A stretch of 64,000 nt of DNA from Eledone cirrhosa (Eukaryota), in assembly GCA_964016885.1 (NCBI GenBank), contig OZ024743.1, positions 231,384,001-231,448,000 of the forward strand. Reading direction: 5' to 3'. The notes beneath the pieces were generated by a model that was not told the DNA's origin, searched no databases, and worked only from the letters and a program-made list of their open reading frames with translations. A program made the position numbers and the translations under genes. Positions within the stretch are counted from its first letter, which is position 1; every line of letters begins with the position of its first letter. Shown in pieces: positions 43,713-58,611 of the stretch.

Positions 43713-46700
43713 GCGTGGTGATAATGCCACACAAGGGCCAAGTGGGATGGCGGATTCACAGATGGCTATGTAACCATACATTCGCCAATCCTCGATAAGA
43801 GTGTTTAAATATCGAACATAAACAGTTCGAATAACGGTGAAATGGAGACTAGAACGTCATGTGACAGACTCTCACCCAACAGGTGCCCCCTGGCTCAGCA
43901 GCAGGAACCTGACTGTCAACCAAATACTGCTGATGTTGGAGGAAGAAGAAGAAGGAAAGGGGCCAGAACCAACTGGACGAAAGAATTGAATAGAACTGTT
44001 ATGCAATGCTACCTGAAAAGTAACCCCAAGGAGAGGGGCTACAGGAGACGGATGCATAACATCTGGAACGAGATTGGTTTATTTAAATTAGATGAACAAA
44101 AATTGGCCGGGCAGGCTCGGGTAATAAGAACTAATGGGTGGATAAGCGAGCTGGAACTGGAGGAACTGAGCAGAGAGAATGGCTTGGAGATGGCGGGTGT
44201 AGTATGCCAGACAAGCGAGCCAGTGGGAAATGAAGGTGAAGAGGTCCTGAGAACGGAGGAACCACCCGAAGCAGACAATGATCTGAATACTGAGATAAAT
44301 AATACCTGGAACAGAGATACGGCCACTGAGGAGATGAATGTTGACGGGTTAGGACAAGATTCGGTTGACATCCTAAATTTAGTGGTAGATGAATTGAACA
44401 ATGATAGTGGGAGACCTATGAACCTAAGATTTGTAGACAGGAAAAAGTTAAAAGAAACAACAGCTAAGGTAAACAAAGTCATCCCATACCTTGAGGCGAG
44501 GAGCCTTCACCAGTGCAACAATATCCTCAAAGCAACAGCAAATACGGTGAGGAAACTACTTGGTATAAAAGCGAGAGGAAACAACAGACAAGAAAGAGCA
44601 GAGCCGTGGTGGAAGAAGCGACAGAGTGGGCAAATCGGGGAAATGAGAAATGACATAGGAAAGCTTGAGTCACTACTGAATGGGACACTAAAAAACATAG
44701 GCACTAAAAATAGACTGGAAATAAAATACAAAACTAGGAGTAAAAAGCTAAATATTATCATAGAGGAATTGAAGCAACGCATTGTAGCAAAGAGTGCAAA
44801 AATCAGGCGATACGAGAACAGAGTCAGTCAGTATAAACAGAACCGCATGTTCGACAACAACCAGAAGATGCTGTTTGGACAGCTTGAGGGGAAAGAAAGA
44901 AGCAACGACTTGATCCCTGGGGCGGAACAAACTAAAACATTCTGGAGAGGAATATGGGAGCAGGATGTTAGACATAATGCCCAGGCAGGGTGGATTGAGA
45001 CAGTACAGAGGGAGATCGGTGAGCAGGCACAACAACAAACTAATTTGAGTATCACAGTTGAAACTCTTAAGGGGCAGGCCAAAAAACTAACCAACTGGAA
45101 ATCACCAGGCCCAGATGGTGTGCAGGGGTATTGGATTAAACATTTAACATCCCTCCACCCGAAGCTGACGGCCATGTTCAATGACTGCTTGGTGTCGGGT
45201 GAGGTGCCAGAGTGGTTGACAAAAGGTACCACAGTTCTGATAATGAAAGACCGAATCAAGGGTAATGATGTTACCAACTATAGACCTATCACATGTCTGT
45301 CCGTAATGTGGAAACTGTTGACGAGCATTGTGTCTGAGGAAATCTACCATCACCTCCACACAAACAACTTGTTACCGGACGAACAGAAAGGATGCCGAAA
45401 GAAGTCACGCGGTACAAAGGACCAGTTACTTATTGATAAGATGGTAATGGGGAATTGCAGGAGGAGACACACTGATCTTGCCATGGGATGGATAGACTAC
45501 AGAAAGGCATTTGACATGGTGCCTCATTCTTGGATCACCAAAAGCCTGGAGATCTTCAGGGTGGCAGATAACATCAGACAGTTGCTGGGCAGGAGTATGG
45601 GGGCCTGGGAGACAGAGTTGACATCAACTTGAGTATCCTTGGGAAGCGTGAAGATCAAGAGAGGTATCTTCCAGGGAGATAGCCTGTCCCCTCTGTTGTT
45701 TGTCCTTGCCCTAATGCCCTTGACTATTATGCTGCGAAAAGTGAGAGCAGGATACAAGTTGGGAAGGGGAGAGCTTACCATCAATCACCTCCTCTTCATG
45801 GACGATCTTAAGCTCTTCGGGAAAAGTGAGAAGGTGTTGGATGCGCTTTTTGACACTGTCCGTATTTTCAGCAGTGATATATGTATGCAGTTTGGTATTG
45901 GTAAATGTGGAGTCATTGTGATGAGGAGGGGTAGGTTGAGCAGAAGTAGCGGGATCCAGATACCAACAGGTGAGATGATAAAGGAAATTGACTCTGAGGA
46001 AGGATACAAGTATTTGGGCGTTCTGGAGGCTGATGGCATAAAGAACAAAAAAATGAAGGAATTGTTAAGAAATGAATACATTCGGAGAGTAAGGAGCGTA
46101 TTGAAGTCACATCTGAACAGCAGAAATGCCATAAGCGCAGTAAATTCCCGAGCTGTGTCTATTATTAGCTACAGTGCGGGAATTCTGAGATGGAATGTTG
46201 CTGAACAAAAAGAAATGGATAGGAAGACTAGGAAGCTATTGGCTATCTACAACATGTTCCACAAGAGGAGTGATGTCGATAGACTCTACCTAAGGAGATC
46301 TGAGGGTGGAAGAGGTCTTATCAGCATAGAGGACTGTGTTCAGATGGAGAAAAACAACCTATACAAATACGTGACCTATAGTAAGGAGCCAATGCTCAAA
46401 ACTGTACTGAAGGAGGGGACAGTAGGCCAAGGGATGTCCAAGGAGGAAATAACATCAAGGAGGAAGAGCAGCCTTAAGGGAAAATCCCTTCATAGTACCT
46501 TCTTTGAGAAAACTGAATTTAGAGATCCACAGACATGGAACTGGTTGAGAAGAGGAGACCTCAAAAAGGCTACAGAAGGAATGATAATGGCTGCGCAGGA
46601 GCAGGCCCTCAAAACGAAGTGGTTGAAGCACCATATTTACAAGGAGGAGGCTAGCCCACTGTGCAGGATCTGTGGAGAGAGAGAGGAGACTGTGGCTCAC

Positions 46701-47340
46701 ATTGTGTCCGAGTGTAAACACCTAGCCCAGACCCACTATAAGGGCTGGAGACACGATGTGATGGGCAGGGTGATCCACTGGCACCTGTGCAAAGTAAACA
46801 ATTTACCACATTCTGAGAAATGGTATGAGCATAGGCCGGAGGCGGTGATGGAGAACAATCAGGTAAAGGTGCTGTGGGATTTTAGGATACAGACGGACAA
46901 AAAACTGGAACACAATAGACCTGACCTGGTAGTTGTGGACAAAGAAAAAAGATCGTGTCTGATTGCGGATGTGGCCTGCCCGTTCGACACGAGAGTGCAA
47001 GAGAAGGAGAGGGAGAAAATTAACCGATACCAGGACCTAAAGTGGGAGGTGAAAAGGATTTGGAACTGCCATGAAGTCAAAGTGATCCCGATTGTCATAG
47101 GCGCACTGGGGACTATCTCTAAAAGTTTCCAGGGATGGTTAAAGAAAATCGGCCCCTTCACGCTTTTTGGAACGCTTCAAAAGGCATGCTTGCTTGGAAC
47201 AGCAAGAACCCTCCGATACGTCCTGAATATCTGAGGCTGCAGGTAGTGGCTTGATATTCATTCCAACGGACTTTCCAGTTAACCAACATCAATGACTGAG
47301 ATTCAAGGAATAACAACAATAATAATAATAATAATTATTA
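43713..47340 (+). mobile_element. R4/Dong-clade LINE, family B copy 2, nearly intact
   Basis: Short 5' UTR, long ORF, TAA-rich tail. Confidence 0.95.
43842..47234 (+). pseudogene. About 1130-codon RT + CCHC + restriction-like endonuclease ORF with one in-frame TGA at 45630-45632
   Basis: The 596-aa and 531-aa ORFs are in the same frame; GIFQGDSLSP, FMDD, CRICGEREETVAHIVSEC, RHD, NRPD, D..CP, KINRYQDL. Confidence 0.93.
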
Positions 47341-47341
47341 A

Positions 47342-49716
47342 GAGAGGAATATGGGGGCAGGATGTTGAACATAATGATCGGACTGTGTGGATTGAGACAG
47401 TACAAAAGGAGATTAGTGAACAGCACACCAACAAACTGATTTAAGTATCACAGTTGAAACTTTTAAAGAGCAACTAATCAACTGGAAATCACCAGGTCCA
47501 GATGGTGTGCAGGGGTATTGGATTAAAAATATAACAACCCTCCACCCGAAACTGACAACCTTGTTCAATGATTGTTTGATGTTGGGTGAGGTACCAGAGT
47601 GGTTTTCAAAGAGTACCACACTTCTGGTATTGAAAGACCGAATCAAGGTTAATGATGTTACCAACTATAGACCGATCACATGTCTATCCGTAATGTGGAA
47701 ACTGTTAACAATCATTGTGTCTAAGGAAATCTACCATCACCTCCACACAACCAACTTGTTACCGGACGAACAGAGAGGATGCCGAAGGAAGTCCCGTGGT
47801 ACAAAAGTGCAGTTACTTATTGATAAGACGGTAATGAGTAATTGCAAGAGGAGACACACTGGTCTTGCCATGGGAAGGATAGACTACAAAAAGACATTCG
47901 ACATGGTACCCCATTCTTGGATAACCAAAAGCCTAGAGATCTTCAAGGTGGCAGATAACATCAGACAGTTGTTGAACAAAAGTATGAAGTCCTGGGAAAC
48001 AGAAATAACATCAGGTGGAGAATCCTTGGGAGGCGTGAAGATCAAGAGAGGTATCTTCCAGGGAGATGGTCTGTCCCCTCTGTTGTTTGTCCTTGCCCTG
48101 TTACCCCTGACCATTATACTCCGAAAAGTGAGAGGAGGATACAAGTCAGGAAAGGGAGAGCTTACCATCAACCACCTCTTCATGGACGATCTTAAACTCT
48201 TTGGGGAGAGTGAGAAGGAGTTGGATGTTCTTGTTGACACTGTCCGTATTTTCAGCAATGATAAATGTATGGAATTTGGTATTAATAAGTGTGGAGTCCT
48301 AGTGATGAGGAGGGGTGAATTGAGCAGAAGCAACGGAAACCAGGTACCAACAGGTGAGATGATAAAGGAAATTGACACTGAAGAAGGATACAAATATTTA
48401 GGCGTTCTGGAGGCAGATGGCATCAAGAACAAAAAAAGGAAGGAATTGATAAGATCTGAGTACATTAGGAGAGTAAGGAACGTATTAAAATCATGGCTAA
48501 ATAGTAGGAATGTCATACGCCCAGTGAATTTCCGAGCTGTGTCTATTATTAAGTACAGTGCGGGAATTCTGAAATGGAATGTTGCTGAACAAAAAGAAAT
48601 GGAGAGGAAGACTAAGAAGCTATTGACTATCTACAACATGTTCCACAAGAGGACTGATGTCGATAGACTCTACTTAAAGAGATCTGAAGGTGCGAGGGGT
48701 CTTATCAGTATAGAGGACTGTTTTCAGATGGAGAAAAACAACCGGCACAAATACGTGACCGACAGTAGGGAGCCAATACTCAGAATTGTACTGAAGGAGA
48801 AGACAATAGACCAGGGGATGTCCAATGAGGAAATAACAACAAGGAGGAATACCAACCTTCATGAAAAATCCCTTCATAGTACCTTCTTTGAGAAAACTGA
48901 ATTTAGAGATCCACAGAGATGGAACTGGTTAAAAAGAGGAGACCTCAAAAAGGCTACAGAAAGAATGATAATGGCTGCGCAAGAGCAGGGACTCAAAACG
49001 AAGTGGGTGAAACACCATATTTACAAGGAGGAGGCTAGCCCACTGTGTAGGATCTTTGGAGATAGAGAGGAGACTGTGTCTAACATTGTATCCGAGTGTA
49101 AACACCTAGCCCAGACTCACTATAAAGGCTGGAGACGTGATGTGATGGGCAGCGTGTTCCACTGGCACCTATGGAAGGTAAAACAATTTACCACATTCTG
49201 AGAAGTGGTATGAGCCTAAGCTAGAGTCGGTGATAGAAAACGATCAGATGAAGGTGCTGTGGGATTTTAGGATACAGACGGACAAGAAACTGGAACACAA
49301 TAGGCCTGACCTGGTGGTTTTGGACAAGGAAAAAAGATCGTGCCTGATTGTAGATGTAGCCTACCCATTTGACACGAGAGTGCAAGAAAAGGAGAGGGAG
49401 AAAATTAACCGATACCTGGACTTAAATTGGGAGGTAAAAAGGATTTGGAACTGCCATGAACTCAGAGTCGTCCCGATTGTCATAGGTGCACTAGATACTA
49501 TCTCAAAGAGTTTCCAAGGATGGTTAAAGAAAGTTAGTCCAGCCCCGCTTTTTGGAACACTTCAAAAGGCATGCTTGCTGCGAACAGCAAGAACCCTCCG
49601 ATACGTCCTGAATATCTGAGGTTGCAGGTAGCACCTTGATATCATTTCGACAAACTTTCCAGTTAAATAACATCAATGACTGAGACTCAAAGAACAATAA
49701 TAATAATAATAATAAT
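47342..49716 (+). mobile_element. R4/Dong-clade LINE, family B copy 3, 5'-truncated
   Basis: Starts at the position equivalent to about 44946 of copy 2, directly after copy 2's TAA tail; ORFs 47507-49201 and 49230-49619; (TAA)n tail. Confidence 0.93.
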
Positions 49717-49719
49717 GCT

Positions 49720-49955
49720 TTCTTTATTAACCACAAAGTATAACATTAAGGACAGTACAGGACAATACAGGACGTTACGAATGCGCGTTTCTGCGTGTAA
49801 CAAAAAATAGGGGATGTAACAAAAAAAGAAACAAGGAAAAATTCCCCAATAGAGGGGAGACTTCCGAGGGTCACTCTTGGAGAAAGCCCACAAAAAGCCT
49901 CGCTTACTCTGACCTCCTACAATGCTACAGGCACACGCTCAGTTTGGGCCCATTC
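49720..49955 (-). mobile_element. L1/Tx1 3' UTR fragment
   Basis: AAAATTCCCCAATAG..GGAGACTTCCGAGGG..GGAGAAAGCC shared with 32445-32500. Confidence 0.7.
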
Positions 49956-50204
49956 AATAATTTCTTTATTTGACACAAGCGCTTGCACGCGGAATACAGT
50001 CAACATTCTAAATGTAGAGCTTAAATGGCATGTGGTACTGAGCCAAACTTTCTAATGAAACGACGTTAAAAACAGAGTGAATTTGATAAAAAATGAAATA
50101 CGATCAGCTAAGCTAAAGAAATCGTATAAATTTATTTTTATAATCTAATAATTAACAGAAGTTATAATATAAAAGTTAATAAATTTTTAGGGTTACCAAA
50201 TAAC

Positions 50205-50420
50205 GGTTTCTTATTTAGGCACAACTCCAGCAATGTTGGGGGGTGGGGAAAGTCGATTAAATCGATCCCAGTGCGTGACTTGTACTTTATTTTATCAACC
50301 CCGTAAGGATGAAGGGAAAAGTTAACCACGGCGGGATTTGAACTCAGATCATAAAGGGCCGTAACTCTATGCTGCAGAGCACGGCGCCCGACTCTCTACC
50401 TATACTGCCAATCCACCGCC
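50205..50420 (-). mobile_element. SINE
   Basis: Same family as 7052 and 16915. Confidence 0.75.
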
Positions 50421-50716
50421 CTAGGGTTACCAAAAAACGACAATCATAATTTTCACTATCCTAAAATATACTTTTACAATATATATAAGGTGCCTCACAT
50501 CAATTGTAAAAGAGAAATATATCGATAATATTTTGGATTGGACAGTAACATGAAGGAGAAAGCAATTAATTATAATTAATTATTTCTATGTCATATTTCA
50601 AACAATGTGAATGACACTATGAAGAAATTATCTTTATTTGTTACTGATATTTTATTTCATTCCTCGTAACAATAACATTAATTATAATCTTCTTCAAAAT
50701 AGATTATAAGGCATAG

Positions 50717-50788
50717 TATTATTATTATCATCACCATCATTGTCATTATCATCATCATCATCACTATCACCACCACCACCACAACCAC

Positions 50789-50826
<38 letters not shown>

Positions 50827-50919
50827 CTATCACCACCACCACCATCATCATCATCATCATTTATCATCGTCATCATCATCATCATCATCATCATCAACAT
50901 CATCATCATCACTATCACG

Positions 50920-50971
<52 letters not shown>

Positions 50972-50982
50972 CTATCACCACC

Positions 50983-51032
<50 letters not shown>

Positions 51033-51035
51033 TAG
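50717..51035. repeat. (ATC)n/(ACC)n microsatellite
   Basis: Direct observation. Confidence 0.95.
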
Positions 51036-51148
51036 CATTATTAACTTACTTAGTTTGAAGACTTGGTGTACTCACCTTAACGACATTCATACAGTGAAGC
51101 TGCTTGGCCTTGTGGTTAGGATATTTGGCCCTCATTATTTTGAGGCAG

Positions 51149-51180
<32 letters not shown>

Positions 51181-51811
51181 GGGGGGGGGGGGGGTATGTA
51201 TGTGTGTGTATGCGCGCGTGCGTGAGTTTTTCTGCATATTCATAAATACATACATTCATACGTATAGTCATATGTTTCCATTTTCGTCTTTAAACAAACA
51301 TAATAAATCATTTATTAACAAGACGCGAAGCTATAAAGTGTCATCTGTACTATTTCCACTGCTGCTTTTTTGTCCTCGAACAGGATACTTATTTTCCACT
51401 TTCTTCGCTCTACTCACCGAGACAAAATTAGTTGTAACAAAAATTCAAATGGCAATGCTTATCAAACAGACACGTTAAGAGTATTTAATATCGTTTGAAT
51501 GCTCGACCGGTGGCACGCAATCCTTCTGTTATTTAAACAACTGAAACATCCTTCATTGCATCCGACGGAGGTCCGCAACCATACAAGGCTCCACCAGCAT
51601 TTTATAAGAAGCCATATAAAGAAGGGCAATTATATATTCAATAGGTTTGATTTATATGTCCGCAACTTGCAAAAATAAAAATAAAATGTAATTTCTGTGT
51701 GATAATGTGACAAACCAATATATATCAAATAAATATACATAGGTTTTCAATAATAGACATTATCAAATTATGATAGGTTAATAATAAGAAAGATCTTTGA
51801 AATATTTCAAC

Positions 51812-51864
<53 letters not shown>

Positions 51865-52019
51865 CGCGCGCGTGAGTGTGTACACAGAGGAACACACAAG
51901 CACACATACACATATATGTATGCGTATATGTGCCTGTGTGTTTGTCGATAGCAAATTAATATAATAATAGATATAACAATTTTTATCATTATCATCACCA
52001 TAATCATGGTTACTGCGCT

Positions 52020-52023
52020 ATCG

Positions 52024-52064
<41 letters not shown>

Positions 52065-52195
52065 GCTACTACTACTACTGCTACTACTACTACTGCTACT
52101 ACTACTAGTACTGTTGCTGCTGCTGATGCTGCTGTTACAACAACTACTACTACTACTACTGTTACAACTGCCACTACTAGTAGTAGTAGTAGAAG

Positions 52196-52241
<46 letters not shown>

Positions 52242-52248
52242 GCTACTA

Positions 52249-52290
<42 letters not shown>

Positions 52291-52351
52291 TTACAACAAC
52301 TACTACTACTACTACTGTTACAACTGCCACTACTAGTAGTAGTAGTAGAAG

Positions 52352-52397
<46 letters not shown>

Positions 52398-52440
52398 GCT
52401 GCTGTTGCTTCTGCTGCTGCTGATGATGATGATGATGATG
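52020..52440. repeat. (CTA)n/(CTG)n compound microsatellite with internal duplication
   Basis: Direct observation. Confidence 0.95.
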
Positions 52441-52609
52441 ACGCGGCTCTGGCTAATATTGCTCCTTTTTACTTCGACTACAGCTAGTGTTAACAAGATT
52501 TATAGAATATAATGATCCAATATTTCCGTTTATTGCGCTCTGACGTGTTCGGTGTAATCAAAAATGACACTATGATACACAGTTAAACTCACGTATGCAC
52601 ATATCCATA

Positions 52610-53690
<1,081 letters not shown>

Positions 53691-53940
53691 TGTTGGTGTT
53701 TGTTTGTTTGGGGTTGGGGGTGTTTGCTTGTGTGTGTGTGTGTATGCCTATGAGTAAGTGTATATTCGTATGTTTGTGTGTGTCTGTCCGAGTGAGTGTA
53801 TGTGCATTTGGTTGCGTGAGGGGTGTTCCTGTATATTGTGTGTCTGTGTAAGCAATAAAACTCAGAGTAGATACAGAGTTAGGTTTCTATCTGAAGATTC
53901 GAACTGAAAGAAAAGGTGAGATAGGATATACTGAAAATAC

Positions 53941-53985
<45 letters not shown>

Positions 53986-53997
53986 TTATATATATAA

Positions 53998-54105
<108 letters not shown>

Positions 54106-54207
54106 GTATATATATATATGTATGTATGTATTTTGAGATTGATAGATATATATTTATATAGATATATTCCTTTATTAGCCACAAGGGCGCATATATATAT
54201 ATGTATA

Positions 54208-54270
<63 letters not shown>

Positions 54271-54298
54271 GTATTTTGTGATTGATATATATATATAT

Positions 54299-54333
<35 letters not shown>

Positions 54334-54934
54334 CAGACTTTAATGTCTCTAGTGATTTATTTTGAGGCAGAACATATATATATGTGTGAGTGTGCGTCTC
54401 TATGCTTGTGTGTGTCTCTTTGTGTGTGTGTGTGTGTGTGTGTCAGCGTGTGTTTCTGTGCATATTCATACATCCATACATACCTTCATTCATATAGTCA
54501 GATGTGAGCATTTTCGTCTTTAGACGAACATAATAAATCAGTTATTGATAAGACACAAGCTATAAACTGTTCTAAAATTAATTGATCATTGTTATTACTC
54601 TTCACAACTTTCACAATTTCCTTCCCGCGTCTGTCAGCTGTCGAGAGAGTGCTCAGACAACGTTGGTGTATAGTGAAGCCATATTTCATGGATCAATACT
54701 TAATAATATATATATGTTTGTCGAAAGTATATAGATATCATTAGGAATATATATATATATATTATAGCTCACCCCCCACCATATGACTCCCATCCTCTTA
54801 ATTATATTTTCCTCATATATTGTCCGAATTTGATAGCTCACCTCTCTCAATCTGTTCCTCTTTCTATTTCTCTCAACACAAGACACACACTTACGTACAA
54901 CCCCCCTACACACACACACACACACACATATATC

Positions 54935-55199
54935 AATCAAGAAAGAAGAGTGACACGGTTTGCTGTACAAAAAAGGTTTTCAATCACTTTGCTGAAAATT
55001 GTTTCTCTGAACTGGTAGGTCTAGAGATCGTTACCCGCCTGTTTTCGCGTCAATCGATCACCAATACATAGTTGTAACCAGTCAATTCATCAGAGCAAGC
55101 GAGAATGCTCTGAACCTACCATTTCAGAGAAACAATTGTCAGCAAAGTGATTAAAAACCTTTTTTGTATAGCAAACCGTGCCACTCTTCTTTCTTGATT
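54935..55199 (-). mobile_element. Fold-back PLE terminal element with a hammerhead at 54989-55098 (minus strand) and an inverted 3' half at 55107-55199
   Basis: Minus: TTGCT-CTGATGA-aTTGACTGGT...ACCAGTTCAga-GAAA-CAATTT-TC-AGCAA. Plus: GAAA-CAATTG-TC-AGCAAA at 55129-55146. Confidence 0.8.
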
Positions 55200-55369
55200 T
55201 ATCATTACTCCTAGTGTAAACAACATAGAAATCAACGCGTACTCGCAGCATCACTATGGAAACGGCTTGTTGAGTCAAACTTAGCCAAGCGTTGATACAA
55301 TCCACTACTCGGAGTACCCTAACTGGACTACACCTAAGTGGACTACCTATAACAATAATCTGTTATCCC

Positions 55370-55442
<73 letters not shown>

Positions 55443-55949
55443 TTGATAAACTTCGGTATTGTGACCGGAAAGGCCACGAATCAAAGAGGCTCTCGACACA
55501 GGGTATAATACAGTGTCTCGATCCGAGCAATGTATTATGTTTTTGAGTAAAACATTCTATTTTAAGTTACTACAGTCCACTCAGCCGTAGCAATCAATTG
55601 TAACCTGGCTGCTGCCAATCTCTATCGCTCTTTGCTATTCCCTCCGACGACAACGGTTGAAATCGGTGATCGCTATGCATGGACATCTGCTGGTTTTCCA
55701 CAAATAAAAAATCTCGTCCCGTCCTGTGGCTTAGATGAGATATTTCTAGGTGTAAAGCCCCTTATTATGTGTATGTGTGCAGAGAGAATGAGACAGAATA
55801 TGTGTGTGTGGTGTGTTTTTGTTTGTTTGTGTGTGTTGTATGTGTGTGAGTGTTAGTGTATGTGTGTGTGTTTATGTGAGCATTATGTAAAGGAGTTTGA
55901 TTGTATTTTGTGCAAACATTGTGTAGAGGAATTTCATGTGTGAAATATA

Positions 55950-58419
55950 TATAATACTAGATATAAACAATATTGAAAGATTAAGTGAACACTTAGAAAT
56001 AAGAAACTTTGTAAATGTGAATGAACCATTGTTTGATTAGGTGGCACAGTGTAAATTCTAGAACAAGTTGGCACAAATATACCAGTCAATCTTCTTTTCC
56101 ATATTTTATTGGAAGGAAGGGTATAATGAGATGGAATATCCTTATATAAGAAACTTCTTCAGTTTCGTTAATTTGAAGAACAAAATTAAAGATGTATTTT
56201 GGGGGATTTCTAATTCTACTTTCAACATTATTACTCTTTGACCATTTTCTAAATGTATATCCAATTGTTGGACAGTTGGATATCGCATGTGAATATTAAA
56301 TTGAAGGATTTTCCATGCACCCTAATAAGTATTGAAATAACGGCCTGTTATAAACTTCTGGACTTCATTATATTGGTCATTATTCTGTATACGTAGAACA
56401 GCAGTATCGCTATCATTAGTAATGTACTTAATTATATATACTATAGCTTAAACAGCGGAGCAAATTCTACATTATATCGTGCCTATCTTCGGGTTTTTGA
56501 CCTTTGTATATGTTCTCCATGATTTCATTCCAATTAGGATTTAAAGTGAATGTTATAACTAAATCAACCTACCGTACTCTCTCTCATAACATGATGCATT
56601 TTGAGCTCTTTCCCCCCAACAAACGTAGAAGGCAAAATTACAGCCCTACATAATTGTGTGCATTGAGTTCTCCTTCATTATTTAGAGAATCATTTAAAAG
56701 CGTATACTCTTCGACCCTTATCTTGGTTTGGTGCTGTTTAATATACAATAACCGTTCAAACTTCATTTTAGCATAAATATCAACTAGATATATTTGGAAC
56801 AATCGTTTACATCAATTTGATTCAAAATATTTGTTAGTTGTAAATGATATGCATAATATTGCCTGCGTGTAGCATTTTATTTGGGACTCTTTGATTTGTA
56901 TTTGGTTTGTAAAAAGGTAAATCCAACGAATAGCCACCATTTCTTCTCCAATGAATCAAGGGATATTGTAATGAGTCATAGGATCTATGTACTTAATTCA
57001 TTTTCTTTACAGTGTTATTTTTATAAGGAAAAATGTTTCTTGGTGAAATTCAGTTCCAACCATTACTAATCCCACATCGTTACATACTCGGTCATTGTAA
57101 ATTCGTGCATGACAAATTGACAATTGAATGTTTGAACTGTTAACAAAAGATGCCATAGTTTCATTTTGTCTGATAAGCTCACTATTTTCTAAAAGCATCT
57201 TTTGGATGTGTCTTATAGTGTGTAAGTACGTTTCAGGAAACCTACTATTTCTAATATTAGTTTGTTCAATAAAATAAACTTGAGCATATTTAGGAATATT
57301 ATCAACTGCATTATTCAATGAACCTATTCTGTGATAAATTTGACCTTGTATTTTAAAAACTGGCATGAATCCCGGCGGAGATATTGATTCATCAACTCCA
57401 AAGGATGTCACTGAAAACCATTCGTTATATGTTTTTAATATTCTTTAAGCAGTTTATGGAATCCCAATTTCCCCCCACCATCAGTGTATTCAAAGGTTCG
57501 GGTAGTCTTTCAATTAAATTCAATTTATCTTTACAATTTGAACAACATAATACCTTAGGTTCATCTTTAAATATGTTTGCGCAACAATGCTTACAAACTA
57601 CTGATATTGTTCCTAAATTTGATAGATTATCATAATTTTTACTTAGATCATATTCAAATGCTGCATTTGTAAATGATTTAACAGAACTACGTAGTTCAGC
57701 ATACCTTCTTCTTAAAACCTGATGTGCCAATCTATTTTCCTCTATGGTTTCATCTCTTTTTTCTTCTGTCAAATTTCCTCTCAACTCAACTCTTGGAGGG
57801 CTAATCTGTTTTCTTCTTTAATTTCATTTCTCCTTTGAATTGGAAGCCCTTCCCGTCTTTGTCTTTGATACTCTCGATTTCTTGCCCTCTGAATTTCTTT
57901 CCCTTCTTCCTTCATTTCCTTTCTCTGTCGGTGCTTTCTTTCTGAGCTATTTTCAATTTTCCTTGCATCATTAATATTATTGTTGTTTAAGTTAGTAGTT
58001 GCATTGAAAGGTTTGTCATTATTATTCACTGTATTAATATTGTTACCGTAATTTTCTGAAGTGACATTATTGTTAAATGAATTTATGTCGTTTGCTCCGT
58101 GGTGAAAACATATGGATGACAAAGAAGCATAAGATGAAATAAGAAAGGTTTGGAGAACAAAGAATAGAGTGATCCAATTTTTCAAACGACGGAACAACCT
58201 GATCATGAAATTAACGATTTCCACAGATAAGTTCGTTCTTAACAAACTTTCGCCGAGAATAAAACTCTTCAACTAATAGTTTCTTTCTGTATTTGCTCTA
58301 TCCGTTTATCATTCCAGCAGATGGCCATTACTTGTGTAGGTTTGTATGAATGTGTGCCTATGCGTGTCTGTGTCATAATATAGTCAATCATGTAATTCTA
58401 TCCCCAAAGCAGATATACA

Positions 58420-58485
<66 letters not shown>

Positions 58486-58589
58486 CACATATCTCACTTT
58501 GGCGGTGTTGGTGGGAGAGAGCCGTAGTAGCAATAAGAGTACAGACAGTAGGGACAGTAGGAGTAGGGTGTGTGACGTTATAAGATAGA
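55950..58589 (-). mobile_element. Decayed autonomous-type Helitron (RepHel N-terminal and Rep-region remnants)
   Basis: CKHC..FKDE..CCSN, MTSFG..GFMPVFKIQGQIYHRIGSL..PKYAQVYF, VILPSTFVGG, ITFTLNPNWNEI, AWKILQFNIH..PTVQQLDIHLENGQRV; possible TC 5' end at 58589. Confidence 0.85.
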
Positions 58590-58611
58590 CGCTGCAGATT
58601 GTTTTAAGATA

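Noticed and set aside
43760-43845. Canonical HDV-like ribozyme at the family B 5' end
   Set aside because: P2-like and P4-like pairings exist, but I could not assign a convincing P1/P3 or catalytic C; kept only as a structured leader
45630-45632. In-frame TGA as selenocysteine or programmed read-through
   Set aside because: It aligns to GGA (Gly) in sibling copies, so it is a simple nonsense mutation. The TGA at 30099-30101 is likewise best read as a substitution.
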